DNA of 32,000 bases from Candidatus Saccharimonadota bacterium. GTDB lineage: Bacteria > Pseudomonadota > Gammaproteobacteria > Enterobacterales > Enterobacteriaceae. Location of the stretch: positions 150,001 through 182,000 of the forward strand of contig NC_014909.2 of assembly GCF_000185985.2 (NCBI RefSeq). The letters are read 5' to 3'. Both the position numbers and the translations under genes were made by a program. Under the pieces are notes generated by a model. It worked only from the letters and a program-made list of their open reading frames with translations. It had not been told where the DNA came from and did no database searches. Below, piece after piece: positions 1-10,030 of the stretch (position 1 is its first letter; the number at the start of each line of letters is the position of its first letter).

Positions 1-165
1 TATTGGTTGAGTTAAAGCTCCTAATCCTGGTCCAATTTCTATTATAGTTTGTTTGTGTTGAGGTTGAAATATATTAATTATAGAATTAATTATATTTTGG
101 TCTGTTAAAAAAATTTGCCCCCATTTTTTTTTAATTATATGATTTTTATAATGTATTTTTTGCAT
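1..165 (-). CDS. rsmA: 16S rRNA (adenine1518/1519-N6)-dimethyltransferase RsmA/KsgA, N-terminal 55 codons (gene continues beyond the window start)
   Basis: This ORF is not in the supplied track. My manual reverse-strand translation gives MQKIHYKNHIIKKKWGQIFLTDQNIINSIINIFQPQHKQTIIEIGPGLGALTQPI. It aligns residue-for-residue with the E. coli KsgA N-terminus (..ARKRFGQNFLND..VEIGPGLAALTEPV), including the SAM-binding EIGPG motif. The ATG at 165..163 overlaps the pdxA 3' end by 20 nt. The rsmA-pdxA-surA-lptD order matches E. coli. Confidence 0.9.
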   Translation of the reverse strand, partial: MQKIHYKNHIIKKKWGQIFLTDQNIINSIINIFQPQHKQTIIEIGPGLGALTQPI

Positions 166-1180
166 AATTATAAGCATTTTTTATCATATTAATAGCGGTT
201 TTGATAGCTAAGGTCATACTATTATTATTTGCAATACCTAATCCAGCTAGTTTTAGAGCGCTACCATGATCAACAGAGGTTCTAATAAAAGGTAATCCAA
301 ATGTGATATTAACGGATTTTCCGAATCCAGAAAATTTTAGAACGGGTAATCCTTGATCATGATACATAGCTAAGATTACATTTGCATATCGTAAATATTG
401 TGTTTGAAAAATGGTATCTGCAGGAAATGGTCCAATAATATTACAGTTCATATTGGTTTTTCTCAGATTATTTAGGGCAGGTATAATAGTTGTAATTTCC
501 TCTGATCCAATATATCCTGATTCTCCGGAATGTGGATTTAATCCGCATACATAAATGGTAGGATTCGAAATATTAAAATATTTTTGCAATCCTTGTACAA
601 GGGTAGTAATAGTATTATGAATAGTTTGTTGAGTAATAAATTGAGATACTAAAGCTATGGGGATATGTGTAGTTACTAACGCTACATTTAGTTTATTATT
701 ACTTAACATCATTACGGGGGAGGTGTTTGTTTTACTGATTTTAGCTAGAAATTCGGTGTGTCCACTAAATGAAATCCCTCCTTTATTTAAAATAGATTTA
801 TTTATTGGGCCAGTAACTAAAGCTGAAAATTCTCCGTTAATACATCCTGTTGCAGCTCTATTTAAGGTGTTAATAATATAGTTATTGTTGGCTACGTTTA
901 GTTGGCCAGGGATAACGGGTTGGGATAATGACATATCTAATATAGATATTTTTCCGGGTTTAAAAGGTAACGTTGTGTTATTAATATAGTAGGGTACTAG
1001 TGTTAATGGAAGATTAAGAGTTTTTGCTCTGTCTAATAGTAAATTAGAATCTGCACATATTATTAAGTCTATGGGCCATTTTTTTTGAACAGTCATAATA
1101 ACTATGTCCGGACCAACCCCAGATGGTTCTCCTGGAGTAATGATAATTTTTTGAGGTTTATTAGCGTTGAATTGAATCAT
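146..1180 (-). CDS. pdxA: 4-hydroxythreonine-4-phosphate dehydrogenase (PLP biosynthesis)
   Basis: 344 aa ORF. It carries the motifs ITPGEPSGVGPD, GHTEF, CGLNPHSGE, MYHDQGLPVLK and FIRTSVDHG, which are colinear with E. coli PdxA. The surA-pdxA-rsmA context is conserved. Confidence 0.95.
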   Translation of the reverse strand: MIQFNANKPQKIIITPGEPSGVGPDIVIMTVQKKWPIDLIICADSNLLLDRAKTLNLPLTLVPYYINNTTLPFKPGKISILDMSLSQPVIPGQLNVANNNYIINTLNRAATGCINGEFSALVTGPINKSILNKGGISFSGHTEFLAKISKTNTSPVMMLSNNKLNVALVTTHIPIALVSQFITQQTIHNTITTLVQGLQKYFNISNPTIYVCGLNPHSGESGYIGSEEITTIIPALNNLRKTNMNCNIIGPFPADTIFQTQYLRYANVILAMYHDQGLPVLKFSGFGKSVNITFGLPFIRTSVDHGSALKLAGLGIANNNSMTLAIKTAINMIKNAYNYAKNTL

Positions 1181-2462
1181 GTTTATTAAGAATTTTGATA
1201 TATGATTCAGATTTTAATTTTTGAATCCAATTATTTAAAGTTTCATTGTATTTTTGAGATAATAAAAATAAATAAGCTCGTTCTCGTATTATTTCAGAGT
1301 AATTTACTTTTTTAATATCTATTAATTTTATTATACCCCATTTATTAAAAATATATATAGGATCGCTGATTTGATTTTTTTTTAGGGCGAGTAAAGATTT
1401 TTGTACCGATAAATCAAAGTGATCTAAATCTATCCACTGTTCTAAATGGTCGTAGTTTTCAGAATAAAAATTTTTCGATTTTTCTTTCAGAACTATATCA
1501 AAAGTAGTACGATGATTTTCGAGTTCTGTTTTTAGTTGTAGTAATTGTTTTTTGATATATTGTTCGTTGGATACATGTTTGAAAAGAATGCTATTTATTT
1601 TTACTCTGATTATAGGAAATGTATGTTGTTTGTCAAGTATATCTTGAATCGCTAAAATATGAATACCGTCATAAGAATGAATTGGACCGATAACGTCTCC
1701 TGGTTTTGCTGATTGTAGAGATTGATCAAAAATCATTGGAATATTTTGCCATGAGATCCACGATGTTTTTTTTACTGTAATTCTTGGAAAGATATTGTTA
1801 CTGTAATATGTATATATTAAATCTTGAGCATTTGTTTTAGATTCTATTTTTTTAATTAATAGTCTTGATAAATTATTGTAACTGTTAATTTGTTGAGATG
1901 ATGGATATATGGGTAGCTCAATAATAATATGCATTAATTTAAATTTTTTTTTGAAATCAACAAAATTTGATTGTTGGATGATGTCATTGATTTCATATGA
2001 AGAAATATTAATATGTTGACATATTGCGTGATTGCATATGACTTTGTTAAGTATTTCTTGATAAATTTCTGAAGAATATTGTGTATAATTTAATCCATAC
2101 TTATTTAAATGTGAAAGAAATTGGGTGTGTGTCATGTTTCGGGATTGAGTAATGTGATCGATTATATGATCAATTTGATTATAATTTATATTAATGTTTT
2201 TTTTATTTGCTACTTGAGTAATGAGATGATCTGTAATTAATTGCTCTAATGCAATTTTATATAAATACTTATCTTTAGTAAGATGGTCAGGGGAATTGAA
2301 AGGATTTAGTTTTATAATGTTAATCTTATTTAGAAGGTCACTGTGTAGAATGATTGCATTATTAACTAATGCTACAGTTTTATCCGTAGTTTGTAAAATA
2401 CTGTAAGTTGTATTTATTTTTAAAAACAGTAAAACTAAAAATAAAAATTTAAAATATTTCAT
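1161..2462 (-). CDS. surA: periplasmic outer-membrane-protein chaperone SurA (two parvulin-like domains, heavily diverged)
   Basis: 433 aa with an N-terminal signal-like hydrophobic segment (MKYFKFLFLVLLFLKI). The first parvulin-like block, AKPGDVIGPIHSYDGIHILAI, matches E. coli [21 protein letters not shown]. The position between lptD and pdxA matches E. coli. Confidence 0.88.
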   Translation of the reverse strand: MKYFKFLFLVLLFLKINTTYSILQTTDKTVALVNNAIILHSDLLNKINIIKLNPFNSPDHLTKDKYLYKIALEQLITDHLITQVANKKNININYNQIDHIIDHITQSRNMTHTQFLSHLNKYGLNYTQYSSEIYQEILNKVICNHAICQHINISSYEINDIIQQSNFVDFKKKFKLMHIIIELPIYPSSQQINSYNNLSRLLIKKIESKTNAQDLIYTYYSNNIFPRITVKKTSWISWQNIPMIFDQSLQSAKPGDVIGPIHSYDGIHILAIQDILDKQHTFPIIRVKINSILFKHVSNEQYIKKQLLQLKTELENHRTTFDIVLKEKSKNFYSENYDHLEQWIDLDHFDLSVQKSLLALKKNQISDPIYIFNKWGIIKLIDIKKVNYSEIIRERAYLFLLSQKYNETLNNWIQKLKSESYIKILNKHDSIQR

Positions 2463-2468
2463 TAGATA

Positions 2469-4898
2469 CTATATATCATGAGTTAGTGTTGTAATATAAT
2501 TTATATTATATATGTTGATATAAGGTATCATACTGGATTGTAAAAGTTTATAAGGATTTTGATAAAATTTAGATTTTGAATTATTTATTTTAAAGTAAAA
2601 TTGTATTTTTTTATCATATGAATGAGTGTTTAACGTTTTATTCCAGTCAGTAATTTTTCGTTCAAAAAGTATACTAATAATCCAACATGGAGTAATTCGT
2701 TGTATTCCTATAGTTTGATTAATAATATAGTTAAATTTTAAATTATGATGTTGTGAGTAGCTTATTTTCCAATTTTTCAATAACGGGTAGTAGATAGTAG
2801 TGCCAATTTGAGAAATTGTTTGATAATAAAGTAATGGATTGTGGAGAATCGGAGTATTTTTAAGATATTTCGAATTTATATATCTGTAGTTTATTTGAAG
2901 TATATGATGGGTGTTGTTGTATTCTAAGGCAAGATTACTGAAAGAGAATTTATTGATAGGAATATGAAATTGTGTTTCAGAATGTATATTCCAGTAGTTA
3001 TTAATATTCCAGTGTCCTATTCCTGAAAGTAGTAAAAATTTAGAAGTGTATGGATGACAATATGTTTTATTTGCGTCATAATTATGATATATAACTTTTT
3101 TTTGTTGATTAATATTAAAAAGATTGCCTACAGATATGTAGAATAATTCGTTTCTTTTTTTAAAACATCGAGCTGTTATTGTACTTTTAATTTGATTGGC
3201 AGGTGCTATTCTATCTAATCCACTATATATTGAGTCATGGAATAAGTTGTTATAAGTCATATGAATGAATTTGGTATCGTATATTCCAATATTTCTTTGG
3301 CAATAATAAGGAGTATATAAGTATTGTAATTTTGGTTCTAGAAAATGTTTATATTTTTTGGAAATATTTGTTTTTTGTTGAAAAATCATGCTTCCTTGTA
3401 TTTTTAATTGCGGAATAATTCGGCTGACTTTATTTTGTAAATGATTCATTTTATGTTTTTGATTATTATAGTAATTAATATTATTTTGTTGGTAGTGTGT
3501 AATTTTTAATTTTGTTTCAGCGTTGAATTTAATCCAAGGATTATTTATTGTAAAGTTTATTTTTGGTTCTGTGTGTATTCTAATTGATGTAGGATTAAGA
3601 TAGTGAGATGGGATGAATCTTGAAAATTGATTAAATATTTGAAAATAAAATAGTTTTTTGTAAATATTAAAGTGTATATATAGTTCTAGTTGTGGAGATG
3701 CTATGTAAGTGAAGTAGTTGTTTTTTATTGTTTGATTTGTATGGAAATTTGAATTTCCTAGATAAGCTATATTTAACTTGTAATGCTTATTATTATAGTA
3801 AAAAAAGATTTTTTGATCTATAAAATCATTAGGGAGTTTTGTTTTCTTTTGTATCGTATTATTATTTGAAGAAAAAGTTGAATTATTATTTGATACATAA
3901 TTTATATTACAATACCATTTTTTATATATAAAACCATTGTGTTTCCAATATAATTTAGATAGTATATTATTATAAGAATAGTAATTAGCAGGGTGTTGTG
4001 TGATGTTATCGCTTATGATATCTGCGGTGATTGATCCTGATCCTAATTTGAAAAAGTAATGTATTTTTGTTTGTAATTTAATTCCAGAATTAGATGAATA
4101 ATATGGGGAAATAATTCCAGAATAATATTTTGAAAAGATTAGAGGATATGGAATTTTTAATATCAAACCATGTTTTGCGCTATGTTTAATATTAGGAATA
4201 TAAGATTCTAAGATATTTTTGTTGTTCAGTGAAAAAGATAAATAAGGACTATAAAATATTGGAATATTTTTAATAGTAAGATATGCATTCCAAATATCAA
4301 TATTATTTGTATAATGGTCATATATGATTTTTGATCCTCTTATATACCAAGAGTTTGTATTAGAAGTACATGTAGTAAATCCCCCTTGATTTAAAATGAT
4401 ATAGTGATTGTGTTTAATTTGAGTAATATATTTAGCTTTACCGTAAATATTTGGTTGATATATATGATATTTGCTATTGTGAAATTTGTTTTTTTTATTA
4501 TTTAAATCAAATTGAGCAGAAGATCCTTCTATTTGAATAGAATTATTGTGATAATGTACATTGCCATCGGCAAATAGTGTTGTTGCATGATATAATTCAT
4601 GATTATTTCGGTAATAAAATATTGTTAATTTGTCGGATTTGACAATATTATCATTGTGTTGAATATTAACATTTCCGATAAATTGAATGTTTTGAGGATA
4701 ATTAATTTCTATTCTATCAGATTGAGTATGTATTGTTGTAAATGTATTGGAATAGGAGTTGTTATTTTGTAGAATTTGTGATGTATGTAAATGGCATGAA
4801 TTGTTAGGAGAATTATGAGCTAATGATATTTGTGTATAAAGTATTAGCCAAATCAAATTAATAAGTTGTATTTTACAATATAATTGCGGTGACATCAC
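2469..4898 (-). CDS. lptD: LPS-assembly outer membrane protein LptD (Imp/OstA)
   Basis: 809 aa, very rich in Asn, Ile, Tyr and Lys. Recognisable blocks include GGFTTCTSNTNSWYIRGSKIIYD (E. coli [23 protein letters not shown]), IPIFYSPYL, LEPKLQYLYTPY, SGLDRIAPANQ and GIQRITPCWIISILFERK (E. coli GVQYSSCCYAIRVGYERK). It lies upstream of surA as in E. coli. Confidence 0.92.
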   Translation of the reverse strand: MMSPQLYCKIQLINLIWLILYTQISLAHNSPNNSCHLHTSQILQNNNSYSNTFTTIHTQSDRIEINYPQNIQFIGNVNIQHNDNIVKSDKLTIFYYRNNHELYHATTLFADGNVHYHNNSIQIEGSSAQFDLNNKKNKFHNSKYHIYQPNIYGKAKYITQIKHNHYIILNQGGFTTCTSNTNSWYIRGSKIIYDHYTNNIDIWNAYLTIKNIPIFYSPYLSFSLNNKNILESYIPNIKHSAKHGLILKIPYPLIFSKYYSGIISPYYSSNSGIKLQTKIHYFFKLGSGSITADIISDNITQHPANYYSYNNILSKLYWKHNGFIYKKWYCNINYVSNNNSTFSSNNNTIQKKTKLPNDFIDQKIFFYYNNKHYKLNIAYLGNSNFHTNQTIKNNYFTYIASPQLELYIHFNIYKKLFYFQIFNQFSRFIPSHYLNPTSIRIHTEPKINFTINNPWIKFNAETKLKITHYQQNNINYYNNQKHKMNHLQNKVSRIIPQLKIQGSMIFQQKTNISKKYKHFLEPKLQYLYTPYYCQRNIGIYDTKFIHMTYNNLFHDSIYSGLDRIAPANQIKSTITARCFKKRNELFYISVGNLFNINQQKKVIYHNYDANKTYCHPYTSKFLLLSGIGHWNINNYWNIHSETQFHIPINKFSFSNLALEYNNTHHILQINYRYINSKYLKNTPILHNPLLYYQTISQIGTTIYYPLLKNWKISYSQHHNLKFNYIINQTIGIQRITPCWIISILFERKITDWNKTLNTHSYDKKIQFYFKINNSKSKFYQNPYKLLQSSMIPYINIYNINYITTLTHDI

Positions 4899-4963
4899 TC
4901 AGTCTGTTGTTAGATTATGTATGACTAAGAATACTAGTAGTATTCTTAGATTCAAATAAAGAT

Positions 4964-4986
4964 ATAACAATATATTATATTGTTAT
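4964..4986. repeat. perfect 23-bp palindrome (11-nt arms, 1-nt centre) in the leuD/lptD spacer
   Basis: The sequence is ATAACAATATA-T-TATATTGTTAT. It lies 66-88 nt upstream of the lptD start codon and about 158 nt downstream of the leuD stop. On the minus-strand RNA it is followed by AUCUUUAUUUG. It could be a weak leu-operon terminator or an lptD-proximal operator-like site. Confidence 0.4.
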
Positions 4987-5143
4987 TTGATATGGTTTTT
5001 ATATATTGAAAATTTACAATACAATTATGTTATATTGATATATTTTAAAAAATTATCTAGAAGTACGGATTTATAACGTATGTTACATGACATATTATAT
5101 GTATTATAATTAGGGCATAAAATCATGATAATATATTCATATT

Positions 5144-5761
5144 TTATTTTAAAAAAGAAGGTTGATTATCTTCATATTCTTGAATCATTGAATTATTTAA
5201 TAAGGTTAAACTAATTTTATCTAAGTTATTGATCATGAAGTTTTTATAAAAGTCATTTATTTGAAATAGATATTTGTTATTTTTTGTATGTATGGTTTGA
5301 TTATATAAATTTACGGTAATATTCATTACTTTGTTTTTGCATGTGTTTATTTCTTCAAATAAAGAGTTGACTTCTAATTCTGATAAGATTGTAAGTAATA
5401 ATCGATTATTGAAGCTATTTTCATAAAAAATATCCGAAAAACTTGGTGCTATGATTACTCGAAATCCATAATCAATAAGAGCCCATACTGCATGTTCTCG
5501 GGATGATCCACATCCAAAATTTTTTCGGGTTAATAAAATATTAGCATCTTTATAATTAAAATTATTAAGTATGAAATTATAATTTAAAGAGTTAGGTGCA
5601 TTTTCAAGAAAACGCCAGTTAAAAAATAAATATTTTCCAAAGTTATCTCTCGTGGTTTTTTGTAAAAATTGTTTAGGAATGATGCAATCCGTATCAACAT
5701 TAGCAATATCTAAAGGTAATACAATTCCTGTATGCTGATTAAATGATGTAGTTTTATTCAT
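5144..5761 (-). CDS. leuD: 3-isopropylmalate dehydratase small subunit
   Basis: 205 aa. [41 protein letters not shown] and [16 protein letters not shown] are near-identical to E. coli LeuD. It is the last gene of the leuABCD operon. Confidence 0.96.
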   Translation of the reverse strand: MNKTTSFNQHTGIVLPLDIANVDTDCIIPKQFLQKTTRDNFGKYLFFNWRFLENAPNSLNYNFILNNFNYKDANILLTRKNFGCGSSREHAVWALIDYGFRVIIAPSFSDIFYENSFNNRLLLTILSELEVNSLFEEINTCKNKVMNITVNLYNQTIHTKNNKYLFQINDFYKNFMINNLDKISLTLLNNSMIQEYEDNQPSFLK

Positions 5762-5782
5762 GTTTCTCCATAAGTTTTATTA

Positions 5783-7186
5783 TTAATTAAAATATGTACG
5801 AATATCAACAAAATGTCCAGCAATGGCAGCAGCTGCTGCCATTGCTGGGCTTACTAAATGAGTAAGTCCTCCTCTACCTTGTCGTCCTTCGAAATTTCTA
5901 TTACTTGTGGAAGCGCATCGTTCTCCTTGTTTTAGTTGGTCATTATTCATAGCTAAACACATTGAACAACCAGGTAAACGCCATTCAAATCCTGAGTTAA
6001 TGAATATTGAATCTAATCCTTCTTTTTCTGCTTGTTTTTTAACTAATTTAGAGCCGGGAACTACTATGGCTTGAACATTATCTGAAATTTTATAGCCTTT
6101 GACCACATCAGCAGCTAATCGTAAATCTTCAATTCTTGAATTCGTACATGATCCTATAAATACTTTATTGATGGGAATATTTGTTAGATAAGTATTAGGT
6201 TTTAATTTCATGTAATGTAAAGCTTGTTCTGCAGATTGTCGTTCTACAGGATTTGTGAAGGATTCTAAATTTGGTATAGGTTGATCGATAGCGATTACTT
6301 GACTAGGATTTGTCCCCCAAGTTATTTGAGGTTTAACATAAGATATATCAATATTAAATATTTTATCAAAATTAGAGTCTGGGTCAGAATATAGAGAATT
6401 CCAATATATAAGAGCTTTTTCCCAATTTTTATTGGTTGGAGAAAATTTTTTATTTTTTAAATAATGATAAGTGGTTGAATCTGGAGCTATTAACGCGGAA
6501 GAGGCCCCCATTTCAATAGTCATATTACATAAAGTCATTCTTTCTTCCATACTCAATTGAGTAATGATGTTTCCAGAAAATTCTACTATATGATTAGTAG
6601 CTCCTCCATTTCCGACTTTTCCAATAATAAATAAAATAAGATCTTTTGCTGTAATTTTTGGGGGTATTGTTCCAAACAAATTAATTTTCATAGATTTATA
6701 TCGGGGTTGCCGTAGGGTTTGTGTTGCCAGGACATGTTCTATTTCTGATGTTCCAATACCAAATGATAAAGCTCCGAAAGCTCCATGAGTTGCGGTATGA
6801 GAATCTCCACAAGCAATGGTCATTCCAGGTAATATAAGGCCTTGTTCTGGAGCTAACACGTGAATAATCCCTTGATTAGGATGATTTAAGTCAAACAATT
6901 GAATTTTAAAATCTTTACAGTTTTTAGTTAATTGATCTAGTTGTATTTGAGCTGTTTTTGAAATGGAGTTTAAATCTTTTATAGTAGTAGGTACATTATG
7001 ATCCATAGTAGCAAAATTTTTATTAGGTCTTCTAACTGTACGATTTTTAGTTCTAATAGATTCAAAAGCTTGAGGAGATGTTACTTCATGTAATAAATGG
7101 CGATCGATGTACAATATCGGCATATCATTTTTATGCTCGTATACTATATGCGAATTATATATTTTTTGATATAATGAATACCCCAT
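5783..7186 (-). CDS. leuC: 3-isopropylmalate dehydratase large subunit
   Basis: 467 aa aconitase-family protein. The Fe-S cluster ligand motifs [11 protein letters not shown] and [10 protein letters not shown] are present, along with ACGDSHT. It is highly similar to E. coli LeuC throughout. Confidence 0.97.
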   Translation of the reverse strand: MGYSLYQKIYNSHIVYEHKNDMPILYIDRHLLHEVTSPQAFESIRTKNRTVRRPNKNFATMDHNVPTTIKDLNSISKTAQIQLDQLTKNCKDFKIQLFDLNHPNQGIIHVLAPEQGLILPGMTIACGDSHTATHGAFGALSFGIGTSEIEHVLATQTLRQPRYKSMKINLFGTIPPKITAKDLILFIIGKVGNGGATNHIVEFSGNIITQLSMEERMTLCNMTIEMGASSALIAPDSTTYHYLKNKKFSPTNKNWEKALIYWNSLYSDPDSNFDKIFNIDISYVKPQITWGTNPSQVIAIDQPIPNLESFTNPVERQSAEQALHYMKLKPNTYLTNIPINKVFIGSCTNSRIEDLRLAADVVKGYKISDNVQAIVVPGSKLVKKQAEKEGLDSIFINSGFEWRLPGCSMCLAMNNDQLKQGERCASTSNRNFEGRQGRGGLTHLVSPAMAAAAAIAGHFVDIRTYFN

Positions 7187-7213
7187 GATAACACCTCTTC
7201 TGTATTATGTATT

Positions 7214-8317
7214 TTATTTTTTATATATTAATGAAGTGATAATATCACCCATTTCGTTAGTACCTATTATTTTATTTGGTTGATTTGATTTAGTAGATAT
7301 ATCTAGAGTACGATATCCTAATGTTAATGCTTCATATACTGATTTTTCAATAATTGTGGCAATATGATTCAGTTGCAAACTATATCTAAATAATAAAGCA
7401 GCAGAAAGAATTTGAGCTATGGGATTAGCTAAATTTTTTCCAGCAATATCTGGAGCAGATCCTCCAGCTGGCTCATATAGTCCAAAATTATTTTCGTTCA
7501 AACTAGCAGAAGGTAATATACCTATTGATCCGCATATCATAGCACATTCATCTGATAAAATATCTCCAAATAAATTTGGGCATAAAATAACATCAAATGC
7601 GGATGGGTTTTTTATTAATTGCATAGCAGCATTATCTACATATAAATGTTGTAGTTTGATATTTGGATAATAATGTGTAGCTAATTTTGATACGGTTTTT
7701 CTCCAGAGCATGGAAGTGCGTAATACGTTTGCTTTATCTATAGATGTAACGTGTTTATGTCTTTTTTGGGCTAGCTTGAATGCAAAATGTGCAATGCGTT
7801 CAATTTCAAATCGATGATAAATAGCGGTATCAAATGCATATTCTTTCAATCCTGTTCCTGATTGGCCATGAGGTTGACCAAAATAAATACCTCCGGTTAA
7901 TTCCCGTACACATGCAATATTTAAACCATTAGGAATAATTTTTGGTTTTATAGGAGATAAATGTATTAGGTTATTGGGTAAATATATAGGCCTTAAATTA
8001 GCGAATAAATTAAAATGTTTTCTTAAAGTTAATAATGCACCGTATTCTGGCCGTTCTATTCTACTTAAATGATCCCACTGAGGACCACCAACTGATCCAA
8101 ATAATATGGCATCTGATTGTTCACAACATTTTATAGTATTTTTAGAGAGAGGAGAGCCTTCTAGATTAATTGCTTTACCTCCTATTATATGTTCTGTTGT
8201 AGTAATATTGATTTTAAATTTATTTTTTATTGCGTTAATTATTTTAAGTGCTTGATTTATTATTTCTGGTCCTATACCATCTCCTGGTAGTATTGCAATA
8301 CGATAATTATTTTTCAT
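7214..8317 (-). CDS. leuB: 3-isopropylmalate dehydrogenase
   Basis: 367 aa. It contains [11 protein letters not shown], the family signature [26 protein letters not shown], and [25 protein letters not shown]. Confidence 0.97.
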   Translation of the reverse strand: MKNNYRIAILPGDGIGPEIINQALKIINAIKNKFKINITTTEHIIGGKAINLEGSPLSKNTIKCCEQSDAILFGSVGGPQWDHLSRIERPEYGALLTLRKHFNLFANLRPIYLPNNLIHLSPIKPKIIPNGLNIACVRELTGGIYFGQPHGQSGTGLKEYAFDTAIYHRFEIERIAHFAFKLAQKRHKHVTSIDKANVLRTSMLWRKTVSKLATHYYPNIKLQHLYVDNAAMQLIKNPSAFDVILCPNLFGDILSDECAMICGSIGILPSASLNENNFGLYEPAGGSAPDIAGKNLANPIAQILSAALLFRYSLQLNHIATIIEKSVYEALTLGYRTLDISTKSNQPNKIIGTNEMGDIITSLIYKK

Positions 8318-8368
8318 AAATATTTTTGGATTGGTGTTTAAAATATAGTTATTATTTTTATTTTAATT

Positions 8369-9910
8369 TTAACACTTTTTATTTTTTATAATTTTTCTTG
8401 TACGCCAAATGCTATTTAAAGCTTGAATTATAGCTTTAATTGATGCTTCAATGAAGTCTGAAGATAATCCTGCTCCATGGAATTGACGATTTTTATATGC
8501 AATGATGACGTTAACTTGCCCTAATATATTATGATCACATTCTTTAGAGTTAAGTGTATATTTTTTTAAATTTATAGGTAATTTTGTGATGTTGATTAGT
8601 GTTTCATAAATTGCGTTTATTGGACCATTTCCAACAGTGGAATGAGAACATATGTGTTTTTGTTTTCCGCAATATAATTCAATAAGAGCTTTAGATATGC
8701 CAGAAGAATTAGTATAAATATTGAAGGATTGTATTTTAAAATAATCTATTGGTTCATTAAAATTATCTATAAAAGCTAATGCTTCTAAATCGTAATCAAA
8801 CACTCTTCCTTTTTTATCAGCTAATTGTAAAAAAATATTATATAATTTATCCATATTATAATCTTTGTCTTGGTAGCCCATTTTTTTCATATGGTATTTT
8901 ACAGCTGCTCTTCCAGATCTAGGTGTTAAATTTAATTGTATTTTTTTTAATCCAATACTTTCTGGGGTCATTATTTCATAATTTTTTCTATTTTTTAGAA
9001 TTCCATCTTGATGAATACCAGAAGAATGAGAAAATGCATTAGATCCTACTATTGCTTTATTTGATGGAATAGGTATGTTACATAGTTGACTGACTGTTTT
9101 GCTAGTATTATAAATTTCTTTATGGTGAATATTAGTATATGAATTTAGTAGATCTTCGCGTATTTTAATGGCCATGATTATTTCTTCTAAGGCAGCGTTT
9201 CCTGCTCGTTCTCCAATTCCATTAATGGTACCTTCGACTTGTCTAGCTCCGGCTTGTATAGCAGCAATAGAGTTTCCAACTGCCATTCCTAAATCGTTGT
9301 GGCAATGAACAGAGATGATAGCTTTATCTATGATGGGTATTTTAGTGTATAATGCAGTAATAATTTCACCAAACTGGTATGGAGTAGAATATCCAACGGT
9401 GTCTGGAATATTGATTGTTTTGGCTCCAGCTTGGATGGCGATTTCAACTATTCGACATAAATTATCTATTGAGGTACGTCCTGCATCTTCGCAGGAAAAT
9501 TCAATATCATCAGTGTATTTTCTTGCATATTGTATCGCGTGTACAGTCATTTCTATAATTTGATTGAAATTTTTTTTTAGTTTAGATCTAATATGTATAT
9601 TAGATGTTGGTAAAAATATATGAATTCTAAAATTTTGTGCAATTTTTAAAGCTTCAGCTGCTATATCAATATCTTTATCTATACATCTTGCTAGACCACA
9701 TACTATACAATTTTTTATCTGTTGTGCTATTGTGCGTACTGATTTAAAATCTCCTGGAGAAGATATTGGAAATCCTACTTCTATTATATCTACTCCTAAT
9801 TTTTCTAAAGCAAAAGCAATTTGTAATTTTTCATTAACTTGTAAGCTAGTTTGCAAAGATTGTTCTCCATCTCTTAAAGTGGTGTCAAAAATAATTACTT
9901 GCTGCTTCAT
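8369..9910 (-). CDS. leuA: 2-isopropylmalate synthase
   Basis: 513 aa. It contains [25 protein letters not shown] and a C-terminal LeuA dimerisation/regulatory region. It is the first gene of the minus-strand leuABCD operon. Confidence 0.97.
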   Translation of the reverse strand: MKQQVIIFDTTLRDGEQSLQTSLQVNEKLQIAFALEKLGVDIIEVGFPISSPGDFKSVRTIAQQIKNCIVCGLARCIDKDIDIAAEALKIAQNFRIHIFLPTSNIHIRSKLKKNFNQIIEMTVHAIQYARKYTDDIEFSCEDAGRTSIDNLCRIVEIAIQAGAKTINIPDTVGYSTPYQFGEIITALYTKIPIIDKAIISVHCHNDLGMAVGNSIAAIQAGARQVEGTINGIGERAGNAALEEIIMAIKIREDLLNSYTNIHHKEIYNTSKTVSQLCNIPIPSNKAIVGSNAFSHSSGIHQDGILKNRKNYEIMTPESIGLKKIQLNLTPRSGRAAVKYHMKKMGYQDKDYNMDKLYNIFLQLADKKGRVFDYDLEALAFIDNFNEPIDYFKIQSFNIYTNSSGISKALIELYCGKQKHICSHSTVGNGPINAIYETLINITKLPINLKKYTLNSKECDHNILGQVNVIIAYKNRQFHGAGLSSDFIEASIKAIIQALNSIWRTRKIIKNKKC

Positions 9911-9952
9911 AGAATTAAAAGATTTTTTTAAATAAAAATGTTGAGAAACAGA

Positions 9953-9969
9953 TCATATACTGTATATGA
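9953..9969. repeat. 17-bp palindrome between the 10011-10030 palindrome and the leuA start
   Basis: The sequence is TCATATAC-T-GTATATGA. On the leuA-sense (minus) RNA it is followed by UCUGUUUCUC. The stem is AU-rich and weak. Confidence 0.3.
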
Positions 9970-10010
9970 ATAGAATTCAATTTTAATATAAAAGGTTTTG
10001 TTAATATTTA

Positions 10011-10030
10011 TGTAACAATAAATTGTTACA
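10011..10030. repeat. perfect 20-bp palindrome in the divergent leuA/rsmH spacer
   Basis: The sequence is TGTAACAAT-AA-ATTGTTACA, 101-120 nt upstream of the leuA ATG. It shares the TAACAAT/ATTGTTA half-sites with the palindrome at 4964-4986. Confidence 0.4.

Noticed and set aside
9915-9956. A 13-codon minus-strand ORF ([13 protein letters not shown]) ending 4 nt before the leuA ATG, considered as a leu leader.
   Set aside because: It has only one Leu codon, so it shows no control-codon logic. It overlaps the 9953-9969 palindrome by chance. The LLL-containing ORF at 10036..10001 is the better, though still weak, candidate.
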